Assembly (NCBI GenBank): GCA_049966395.1
Contig: JBMFUT010000016.1
Coordinates: forward strand, 1 to 15,747
Length of the DNA: 15,747 nucleotides
Direction: 5' to 3'
DNA from: Candidatus Micrarchaeia archaeon
Lineage (GTDB): Archaea > Micrarchaeota > Micrarchaeia > Micrarchaeales > CABMGC01
The position numbers and the translations under genes were made by a program. Below the pieces are notes generated by a model. It searched no databases, had not been told where the DNA came from, and saw only the letters and a program-made list of their open reading frames with translations. This document shows positions 1 to 6,860 of this stretch, in pieces (the first letter of the stretch is position 1; the number at the start of each line of letters is the position of its first letter).

Positions 1-11
1 TTAAACTTTTC

Positions 12-21
12 TATATATAAA
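12..21 (+). promoter_or_regulatory. Putative TATA box upstream of rps26e
   Basis: TATATATAAA at 12-21, about 30 nt before the TTG at 45, which is typical archaeal spacing. Confidence 0.5.
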
Positions 22-44
22 TAGTAATAGCTAATGGTGTTTTA

Positions 45-272
45 TTGAGAGGAAAAGAACCGCTTGTAACATGCGACAACTGTGGAAGAAAAATACCGAG
101 GAGCAAGGCAGTAGTAGACGAAAAAGTAATAAGGTTTGACACTGAAATGCACACCGAAGGGGATGTGAGGTTTCTCGAGAAAAGAAAGGTTTATTACTGC
201 ATAAGTTGCGCCAAACACAGAGGGATCTTTGACAAAAAGAGGGATATAGCAAGCCGCATGAGGAAAGTTTGA
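45..272 (+). CDS. rps26e: 30S ribosomal protein S26e (eS26)
   Basis: 75 aa basic protein with CDNCGRKIPRSKAV and YYCISCAKHRGI, the two halves of the eS26 zinc-binding signature. TTG start with SD-like GGTG at 36-39. Confidence 0.9.
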   Translation: MRGKEPLVTCDNCGRKIPRSKAVVDEKVIRFDTEMHTEGDVRFLEKRKVYYCISCAKHRGIFDKKRDIASRMRKV

Positions 273-287
273 TAATACGTGGTGCGA

Positions 288-1373
288 ATGCCTGTCGACC
301 CTAATGACATGCTTATATTCAAGCTCAGGGGAATGCATTTTGAAGGGAAGGGCGCGCAAAAGAGCGCCGCACCAAGGATCGCTGAGCGCGCAGCACAGAA
401 AAGCGCTAATCCTCCTGGCTATTCGGCACAGTCTGCCAATGCAGCGCAGCCGCAAGTAACAGTAACACAGCCAAAGATAACCTCTGCAAAGGGCGAGGAG
501 GAGCAGAAAGAGGAGAAAATTGCTTCTGCGCAACAATTTTCTGCGAAGGTGATGCAGGAAACAGAAGCGAAAGTGCAGGCTGCCCAACCCCAAGCTCCAA
601 GCAAGCCCCAGAAAAAGCAATACGAAGAAGAAGAAAAAAGGATAGTTGAAGAATTCATAAGCAGGCAGAAGATGGAAGAAGCCGAGACGCAGTCAGAGAT
701 CGCCGGGGTACAGAAGCCTAAGAAAAGGCTTACAAAGACAGAAAAAGAAAGCATGGATAGCGCCAAAGACCTGATGTGCGTAAACCACCCGTGGAGGCCT
801 GCATATGCCATTTGCGACTACTGCAAGAGGCCTTTCTGCTACGCTGATCTTGTTGAATACAATGGCAAATTCTACTGCCTGGAGGACATAGACAAAGTAA
901 CTAAGAACTTCGAGGTCTCGGCAGAAGCAGAAATGAATCCGTTTATCATTGCATCCGGGGCCGCATTCATAGTAAACGCTCTTATACTTGCATATTTCGT
1001 CTACCCGCAGGTAGCTTACTTTTCCGGGCAGGCAGCCAAAATAGGGCTGGCAAATTTCATTTACACAATAAATTACAGCTACATGCTCTCGGTGCTTAAC
1101 CTCATTGCGGTGCTGCTCGGCATTGCAGCGGGGGCTCTGCTCTTCTTGAAACTCAGCAAAAACATCTACAGCATATTCATGGGAGTTGCCATGCTTATCA
1201 TTTCAAGCTACATTTACCTCATAAGCAACGCTTTGTATCTTCTTGCTGTTACAATTATAGCAGCTGTTGCTGTGGGAATGCTTGCATATGGCAGAATACC
1301 TGCAAGTGCTGGAGCAACAGAAGAAGAGCTTAAGCCTACTGAAATAGAGTGGCCACGACTTGAAACTTTTTAG
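288..1373 (+). CDS. Uncharacterised membrane protein: low-complexity/charged N-terminus, B-box-like zinc finger, about 4 C-terminal TM helices
   Basis: Long ORF directly after rps26e. ATG at 288 follows GGTG at 281-284 (alternative GTG at 279). The A/Q/P/E/K-rich N-terminal ~160 aa is followed by C-x2-H-x8-C-x2-C-x4-C-x2-D-x9-C-x2-D at 777-887, then four hydrophobic segments. Confidence 0.8.
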   Translation: MPVDPNDMLIFKLRGMHFEGKGAQKSAAPRIAERAAQKSANPPGYSAQSANAAQPQVTVTQPKITSAKGEEEQKEEKIASAQQFSAKVMQETEAKVQAAQPQAPSKPQKKQYEEEEKRIVEEFISRQKMEEAETQSEIAGVQKPKKRLTKTEKESMDSAKDLMCVNHPWRPAYAICDYCKRPFCYADLVEYNGKFYCLEDIDKVTKNFEVSAEAEMNPFIIASGAAFIVNALILAYFVYPQVAYFSGQAAKIGLANFIYTINYSYMLSVLNLIAVLLGIAAGALLFLKLSKNIYSIFMGVAMLIISSYIYLISNALYLLAVTIIAAVAVGMLAYGRIPASAGATEEELKPTEIEWPRLETF

Positions 1374-3311
1374 CTATTTGAACCTTATGGTATCAAGGTT
1401 CATTGGTGCGCGCGATTCGACGCGCATCCTGTTTCCAAGCGCCCTTGAGAGATCTTCGCACTTGTTTTCCTCGCCGTGCATGGTGAATATCTTCTTTGGA
1501 GAAGGCCTCATGTCTTCCACGAATTCCATAAGCTGCCTGCGATCGCTGTGGCCTGAAAATCCTTCTACAGTCTTGATTTGCATATTGACCTTTACTTGGG
1601 AAAGCCTGCCGTCTTCGTCAGGCAGGGGTATCTCGCTTACGCCGTTTTGTATCCTTCTTCCAAGGGACATGGCGCTGTTGTAACCCACAAACAGCAGCGT
1701 GTTCTTTGGATCCGGAGCCATCGACTTGAAATATTCGAGGCTGACCCCTCCGTTAAGCATTCCGCCGCTTGCGAGTATTACGGCCGGGCCCTTGTCGAGT
1801 ATGTCGCTTCGTTCGCCCTTTGCAACTTCGAATATTTCGCTCTCGAATGGCGACATGTTGCTGAGTATCCTGTGCTGAAGGCTTGCCTTCAGGAATTCTG
1901 GATATGCGGTGTGTATGGCGCTTGCTTCCAATATCATTCCATCCAGATAGATTGGCGCTTCTATTTTGTACTCTGGATTGCTTGACATGTAGTTTTCAAG
2001 AACAAGCATTATTTCCTGCGCCCTCCCCACGGCGAAAAGCGGGACCAGCACCTTTCCTCCGTTTTTTATTGTTTCTATTATCGTGGATATCAGCTGCTTC
2101 TCGGCGTCCTGCCTGTTTGGCGTTATGTCGTTCTGCGCGCCATAAGTGCTCTCTATGAAAAGAGAATCTACCCTAGGGTATCTTACATCGGCAGGATCGA
2201 AAAGCCTTGTGAAGCCGTATTTCATGTCTCCGGTGTGGACTATGTTGTACAGGCCTTCGCCTATGTGCAGGTGCACTGTGGCGCTGCCGAGTATGTGCCC
2301 GGCGTTGTGATAGGTAAGTTTTATCTCGTCTGTTACGTTTGTCACTTCGTTGTAGTCCCTTATCACCATGTGAAGCAGCATTTTCTTTATGTCGCGTTCA
2401 TCGTAAAGAGGCGTCCCTCCGCTCCTCTGCACAAGCTTTGTGTAGTCGTATAATAGAAGCGCCGCGAGGTCCCTTGTCGGAGGCGTGCAGTAGACCGGGC
2501 CGTCGTAGCCGTACTTGAACAGATATGGCACGAAGCCTATGTGGTCCATGTGCGCATGGGTGAGTATTATTGCGTCTATGTCGTTTATAGTTATATTTGC
2601 GCTGTCTAGGTATGGATATGCCTTGTTTCCGTTGCTAGTAGATGCATCTGCGCCTTTTATTCCTGGTTCTGGGCTTATGCCGCAGTCTATAAGTATTTTT
2701 GAATGGTTGGTTTCTAGTAGCAGGCTGCTCCGGCCTACCTCTTTAAATCCACCAAGCGCGGTAGCCTTTATCCACTCGCTCTTCATTATGGGCTGGTTTA
2801 TTTTCTTGCCTATTGTAGTGAGGAACTTCTTCCTGAAATCGCTTTCGTTTATCAGCATTTGCCTTACGGCAGTTATGACGTCACTATTGATTGTTGGAAC
2901 CCTGAGCACCTTCGGCACCCAGTTTGTCTCGGAGACTATGCTCTTAAGCGTAGAGCCTTCCTTGCCTATTACAAGGCCAGGCTTCATTGCTTCTATGAAC
3001 ACTTCTCCGAATTCTGGCACAAACCTTATTCCGGTTTCTGAAACCCCTGCCTCCTTGGGTATTATCTGTTCTATCTTCTTCTTTGCATCTTCAGGATTCA
3101 TCAGGCTCGCGGCGTCGCTCCTGACTATGAGTTTCTTCTTTATAGCGGCTGATATGTTTCTTATTATGCTTTCGTCAGAATAGAAGTGGGAGATGTTCTT
3201 TACAAATATCGCTATATCTGGCCCCTCGTACTCCGCTTTTATGAAACCTGCCTCAGGAGGCACAAGTTCCTCCACTTTTTTTAGTACGTTTGCATCTTGA
3301 TTGTCTGCCAA
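1374..3311 (-). CDS. fttA: KH-domain beta-CASP ribonuclease aCPSF1 / transcription termination factor FttA
   Basis: 645 aa. N-terminal KH region (KPGLVIGKEG), MBL/beta-CASP motifs LGGFKEVGRS, THAHMDH, AGHILG, TGD, ESTYG, SGGML, FSGHSD, HGE and C-terminal NLDTIRF. Adjacent to psmB, a conserved archaeal synteny. TTG start. Confidence 0.96.
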   Translation of the reverse strand: MADNQDANVLKKVEELVPPEAGFIKAEYEGPDIAIFVKNISHFYSDESIIRNISAAIKKKLIVRSDAASLMNPEDAKKKIEQIIPKEAGVSETGIRFVPEFGEVFIEAMKPGLVIGKEGSTLKSIVSETNWVPKVLRVPTINSDVITAVRQMLINESDFRKKFLTTIGKKINQPIMKSEWIKATALGGFKEVGRSSLLLETNHSKILIDCGISPEPGIKGADASTSNGNKAYPYLDSANITINDIDAIILTHAHMDHIGFVPYLFKYGYDGPVYCTPPTRDLAALLLYDYTKLVQRSGGTPLYDERDIKKMLLHMVIRDYNEVTNVTDEIKLTYHNAGHILGSATVHLHIGEGLYNIVHTGDMKYGFTRLFDPADVRYPRVDSLFIESTYGAQNDITPNRQDAEKQLISTIIETIKNGGKVLVPLFAVGRAQEIMLVLENYMSSNPEYKIEAPIYLDGMILEASAIHTAYPEFLKASLQHRILSNMSPFESEIFEVAKGERSDILDKGPAVILASGGMLNGGVSLEYFKSMAPDPKNTLLFVGYNSAMSLGRRIQNGVSEIPLPDEDGRLSQVKVNMQIKTVEGFSGHSDRRQLMEFVEDMRPSPKKIFTMHGEENKCEDLSRALGNRMRVESRAPMNLDTIRFK

Positions 3312-3376
3312 AAAATCACTACCACTGATGTATTGCTGTGCTGCGCATCATACTGGTCTTAGTAAAAAGTCAATTT

Positions 3377-4021
3377 TTACTTTGCGAGTATCTTTTCTAT
3401 CTCTTCGTTTGAAAACTCCTTGAAACCAGCCTTTGTTATCGCAACTATCTTCGTTTTGTCTCCTGTTGCTGAATCCCTTTTCATTGCTATCTTAAGCGCC
3501 TTTGCAACTATCTTCACCGCAGCGTCCGTAGTAATGTCCTTCTTGTAATTCTCTTCCAAGTAGCCGTATGCGGTGGGGGAGCCGCTGCCTGTTGAAGTGA
3601 ATTTGGTTTCGGTTATGAGACCGCCTAAAGGATCCAAGCTGTAAAGCTCCGGGCCGTTTTTGTTTATTCCTCCAACGACGAGCTGCACCATGTAAGGCAT
3701 CATCTTGTTCTGCTGAAGCAGCAACTGCAAAAGAGAAGCCGCCGCTGACGGTGACATTGGTTTGTTTTCGTCCATCTTGTAGAACTCGTTCTGCATTTTC
3801 AATATTTTTACAATGTACTCCGCGTCGCCTACGCCGCCTGCTATAGTTATACCTATATTCTCGTCTATCTTGTATACCTTTATTGCTTCTGAGCTGGCTA
3901 TGAAAGTATCCATTGTCGCCCTTGAATCGGCGCCCATTACAACGCCGTCACTGCAAACTACGCCAACTGTAGTTGTGCCTTTCAGGAACTTCTCAGCAAG
4001 TTCTTTAGTGTCGTAATCCAT
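3377..4021 (-). CDS. psmB: 20S proteasome subunit beta
   Basis: 15-aa propeptide ending LKG|TTTVG (catalytic Thr codon 3976-3974), ADSRAT, TGSGS and RDSATGD motifs. SD AGGTG at 4031-4027. Confidence 0.97.
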   Translation of the reverse strand: MDYDTKELAEKFLKGTTTVGVVCSDGVVMGADSRATMDTFIASSEAIKVYKIDENIGITIAGGVGDAEYIVKILKMQNEFYKMDENKPMSPSAAASLLQLLLQQNKMMPYMVQLVVGGINKNGPELYSLDPLGGLITETKFTSTGSGSPTAYGYLEENYKKDITTDAAVKIVAKALKIAMKRDSATGDKTKIVAITKAGFKEFSNEEIEKILAK

Positions 4022-4074
4022 CTATACACCTTATAGCATAAACCGTGCAGAAACAACAAAACATAAGCTTAAGC

Positions 4075-4093
4075 AAAAGAAAATAAAACAAAA
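4075..4093 (-). terminator. Multi-U-tract terminator downstream of the TRAM gene
   Basis: Minus strand reads TTTTGTTTTATTTTCTTTT starting 2 nt after the TRAM stop codon. Confidence 0.6.
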
Positions 4094-4095
4094 TT

Positions 4096-4329
4096 CTATA
4101 TGATTAAGCTACCGTTACCTATAAAATACTTGCTGGTATCTATGGGTTCCGCGTATGCAAATGTCCTGTATCTTTTTGTTATTCTTACCTTGTAGATCTT
4201 TCCTATCCTGGTCTTTGCGTTCTTTATGAAGATCACGAAGTTGTTTATTTTCCCTATCCCTTCGCCGCGCGGGCTCTTTGCGTCTATCTTCAACTCGTAA
4301 GTGCCGCCTTCGGACAGCTCTTCTTCCAT
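4096..4329 (-). CDS. Single-TRAM-domain protein (putative RNA chaperone)
   Basis: 77 aa with EGGTYELKID-x5-GEGIGKINNFVIFIKNA-x4-GKIYKVRITK-x3-TFAYAE, matching the TRAM OB-like fold pattern. ATG at 4329 (alternative GTG at 4332). Confidence 0.88.
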   Translation of the reverse strand: MEEELSEGGTYELKIDAKSPRGEGIGKINNFVIFIKNAKTRIGKIYKVRITKRYRTFAYAEPIDTSKYFIGNGSLII

Positions 4330-4353
4330 CACACACTCTCCCCTTAAATGTTA

Positions 4354-4361
4354 AATATAAA
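4354..4361 (-). promoter_or_regulatory. Putative TATA box of the TRAM gene (a second candidate lies at 4406-4399)
   Basis: TTTATATT on the minus strand, preceded by purine-rich GGCGAGA, about 30 nt before the start codon. Confidence 0.5.
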
Positions 4362-4416
4362 TCTCGCCGCCCTACAAGATATAACTGCTACAAAAAACAT
4401 TATAAACTTTGTGTGC

Positions 4417-4423
4417 AAAAAAA
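4417..4423 (-). terminator. U7 tract downstream of the GT-C-like gene
   Basis: T7 on the minus strand about 22 nt after the stop at 4445. A further T6 lies at 4397-4392. Confidence 0.45.
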
Positions 4424-4444
4424 GACTGGAAAGTAAATATTATG

Positions 4445-6754
4445 CTAGCTGCTTATCGTTATGTTCATTATGCCGTAGTTTATGTACGGATTTGAAGGAG
4501 GATATTCTTGGGGCTGCATTGATATTATGATCTGATTTATGCCCTGCTGCAGCGTGACATTGAATGAATAGCTGCGCATGGTCTGATTTATAGGCAGCAC
4601 TGCAGTCGCATTTCTTGGGTTGAAAGAGTAAGCGTTGCTTATGCGGTATATGTATAGGTATGAAGGGGAGTATGACAGCGCATCGAAGCTTATTTTCGCC
4701 CTTGCAGAACTTGGTTCGTAGATTGTAATGCCCCTGGTCGCGTTGCCCCACCACAGCTCGCCCAGTGTGGCGTTACAGCTTGCTTGGGATGTGCAGAAAT
4801 TCCATCCGGGCAGCCACGTGCCAGAAGTGTATGCGAGCTCGGATTTGGCAGCGCGATTCTCCAATGCGGAGCTCGTGGAAAATACTATTGTGGTGTTGCT
4901 CTGGTAGACAGGACCACCGAAGACGCTGGAGAGGTAGCTCGCAAGAAGCATTAGCTCCGACTGGTTGTACGCCTGTCTCACTATCGAAACAAATGCAGTA
5001 TGGTATGCCGCCAGCCAGAAGAGCGTGACATTTGTGTAGTTTTCGCTGATTGGGGAGGCGTATGTAAGGCCTTCGCCGTGCTCTAGATAAGCCGCCGCGA
5101 CGTCAAGAGGAATGGCGCTGACAGAAAGGAATTGAGTATAGTTGCCTGGGGAGGTGTAGCCGCCCACCATAGGTCTCTTAAACGCCGTTTGGTAGTAGGA
5201 TTCCATGGCCGGATACAAGTCTGGCATAGTCGCATTGGGAATGTTTGGCAGTATTAGCAGCGTGAAATTCCCCGTCATGCCGCCTATTTCATAGTATGCC
5301 TTAGGTATGTGCGCGTTCGCGAACATTGCATTTGCAAAAGAGGTGGAGGGAGGCGCCCCGGCGTATTCTGCAAGCACAATTACAGTAACTGCTACAAGGG
5401 CATACAGCGCATTTGTTCTAGAGTATAGTAATTTGCTTCTTGACAAGAGTTCCTTGAACCCATAAGCGGCAAATATGGCAAGGCTCATCGTCACCATTAT
5501 GTCGAAAGCTGCAGGAGCGTCGACAACGTTCAGGATGGGCACGTTTTGATAGGCGATGTATATGCCAGGTATTGCAATAGGTTTTGCACCTATCTGCAAA
5601 TAGGGGCCTAAAGAAAGCCAAACGGATACAAGCAGCACGAAAAGCCATACGCCTAGGGTTTTCAACCTGCTTCTCTTGTAATCATAGTAAAGGCCTATTA
5701 AGGAAAGCGCAAGAACAGAATAGCCTAGGTATGCCGTCTTGTCATAAGGGTTTGCGGCGAACAGCGCGTTGTAGAATTGCGGCGGCTTTGCGTTGAAAAG
5801 CGAATTCAAGTAGCTTGGCAGGAAGAAAGATACAAGACTTTCGCTCTGATATTCCGAGCTTTGCGTGCTTAGCGCCTGGTTACCCTGAAATGCTGCGCCA
5901 GTTCTGTTGCCTAGTATTGGCATCAGCAGCGGAGCGCTCAAAATGAGGATCAATATTACAGAAGCTGCAAAATAGACGGCAAATTTCCTGTTGATGATAT
6001 CTGGCCTTCCTTTTGTCGATAGATAGAATATCAAGACAAGCGCAATAAGCACTATTGACATTGCACCCTGCCCTATGCCACCCATGAAAGCGGCGAAAGT
6101 GAAACTTAGCGCAAGACCTACAGATAACGATGGCTTTTTGTCCTTTATGAGCAACAGCGTAAATATTGCCACAAGAGGAATGAACTCTATGGATGTCCAT
6201 TGCAAATGCATGTAAGACTGCGCTATGTGAAACGGACTGAAGGAGTATATTATTCCGGCCAAGAACGAAGCGGATTTGCTTGATGTGACAAAGAAAGCTA
6301 GGGCGAACATCGTGATGCCAGATAGCGCAAAAGCCAATAAGAAAAGAATATTATAAGAGAGCGGCAGGCTTATTTGCTGCAGGGGTGCGGTCAATATAGC
6401 AGCCAGAGGCATGATATCCTGTGCCGCTATGCTCACTCCTATTGGGTAGTAGAGCATGCGCGTAAAGTAGGGCTGTGCGTGGAGATTGAATGTGGCGTAA
6501 TTGAACCACCACAAGCCCCACATGCCCTGGTAGGCGCCGCCTGCGCCATTGGCAACCGTAGAAGTAATGTTTACTGTAATTGGCCAAAAAAGCGTCATGG
6601 CGATAGCCAGGTATACTGCAGTAATCACCGTCATTTCTGCTGCCGTGAGTTTTGCCTTGCCTTTTGAAACGCGAGATTGCTGAGTATCCTCAGGCTTGCT
6701 TGCACTGGATTCAGCCCCTACAGTCGCAGGCGCAATACTTGCTTTTTCCTCCAT
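4445..6754 (-). CDS. Multi-pass membrane protein of GT-C glycosyltransferase type (YfhO-like) with a C-terminal extracellular domain
   Basis: Roughly a dozen hydrophobic segments in the first ~470 aa with W-x-LWW..PYFT..YYPIG, AGIIYSFSPFH, IEFIPL, SFFLPS, AYLGY and LSLGP motifs. Sequon-rich C-terminal ~300 aa containing PMVGGY. Divergent from flippases and GT2. ATG at 6754 (alternative TTG at 6769). Confidence 0.72.
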   Translation of the reverse strand: MEEKASIAPATVGAESSASKPEDTQQSRVSKGKAKLTAAEMTVITAVYLAIAMTLFWPITVNITSTVANGAGGAYQGMWGLWWFNYATFNLHAQPYFTRMLYYPIGVSIAAQDIMPLAAILTAPLQQISLPLSYNILFLLAFALSGITMFALAFFVTSSKSASFLAGIIYSFSPFHIAQSYMHLQWTSIEFIPLVAIFTLLLIKDKKPSLSVGLALSFTFAAFMGGIGQGAMSIVLIALVLIFYLSTKGRPDIINRKFAVYFAASVILILILSAPLLMPILGNRTGAAFQGNQALSTQSSEYQSESLVSFFLPSYLNSLFNAKPPQFYNALFAANPYDKTAYLGYSVLALSLIGLYYDYKRSRLKTLGVWLFVLLVSVWLSLGPYLQIGAKPIAIPGIYIAYQNVPILNVVDAPAAFDIMVTMSLAIFAAYGFKELLSRSKLLYSRTNALYALVAVTVIVLAEYAGAPPSTSFANAMFANAHIPKAYYEIGGMTGNFTLLILPNIPNATMPDLYPAMESYYQTAFKRPMVGGYTSPGNYTQFLSVSAIPLDVAAAYLEHGEGLTYASPISENYTNVTLFWLAAYHTAFVSIVRQAYNQSELMLLASYLSSVFGGPVYQSNTTIVFSTSSALENRAAKSELAYTSGTWLPGWNFCTSQASCNATLGELWWGNATRGITIYEPSSARAKISFDALSYSPSYLYIYRISNAYSFNPRNATAVLPINQTMRSYSFNVTLQQGINQIIISMQPQEYPPSNPYINYGIMNITISS

Positions 6755-6785
6755 GTTAAGCACACGCAACTAAGTGTATTTATTC

Positions 6786-6808
6786 AAAGGGATATAAATC
6801 TTTATTTT
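6786..6808. promoter_or_regulatory. TATA/BRE-like element in the divergent GT-C / flippase intergenic region
   Basis: Minus strand reads AAAATAAAGA-TTTATATC (TATA 6798-6791). Plus strand reads AAAGGG-ATATAAAT over the same bases. Confidence 0.45.
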
Positions 6809-6860
6809 GTTATTTATGAATGCGCAAGTCTGATTTGCGCAGAATTTCAAAAGTGGATCT

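Noticed and set aside
352..600. AQKSA/AAQPQ peptide repeats as a DNA tandem repeat array
   Set aside because: The copies are short, dispersed and synonymously diverged, consistent with ordinary low-complexity linker sequence.
42..811. Antisense ORFs 31-252, 42-620, 406-600 and 419-811
   Set aside because: Shadows of rps26e and the low-complexity N-terminus of the Zn-finger gene. Their Leu/Phe/Cys richness mirrors GAA/AAG codons on the plus strand.
1350..1373. C-terminal LETF of the Zn-finger protein as a proteasome-docking HbYX motif
   Set aside because: The penultimate residue is Thr, not Tyr, so it does not fit HbYX.
1360..3183. Plus-strand ORFs within fttA, including the 222-aa 2515-3183
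   Set aside because: Antisense to a highly conserved gene, with no recognisable motifs.
4115..4754. Alternative small ORFs 4115-4336, 4348-4530 and 4440-4754
   Set aside because: They overlap the TRAM or GT-C genes in other frames or cross promoter/terminator sequence, and have no motifs.
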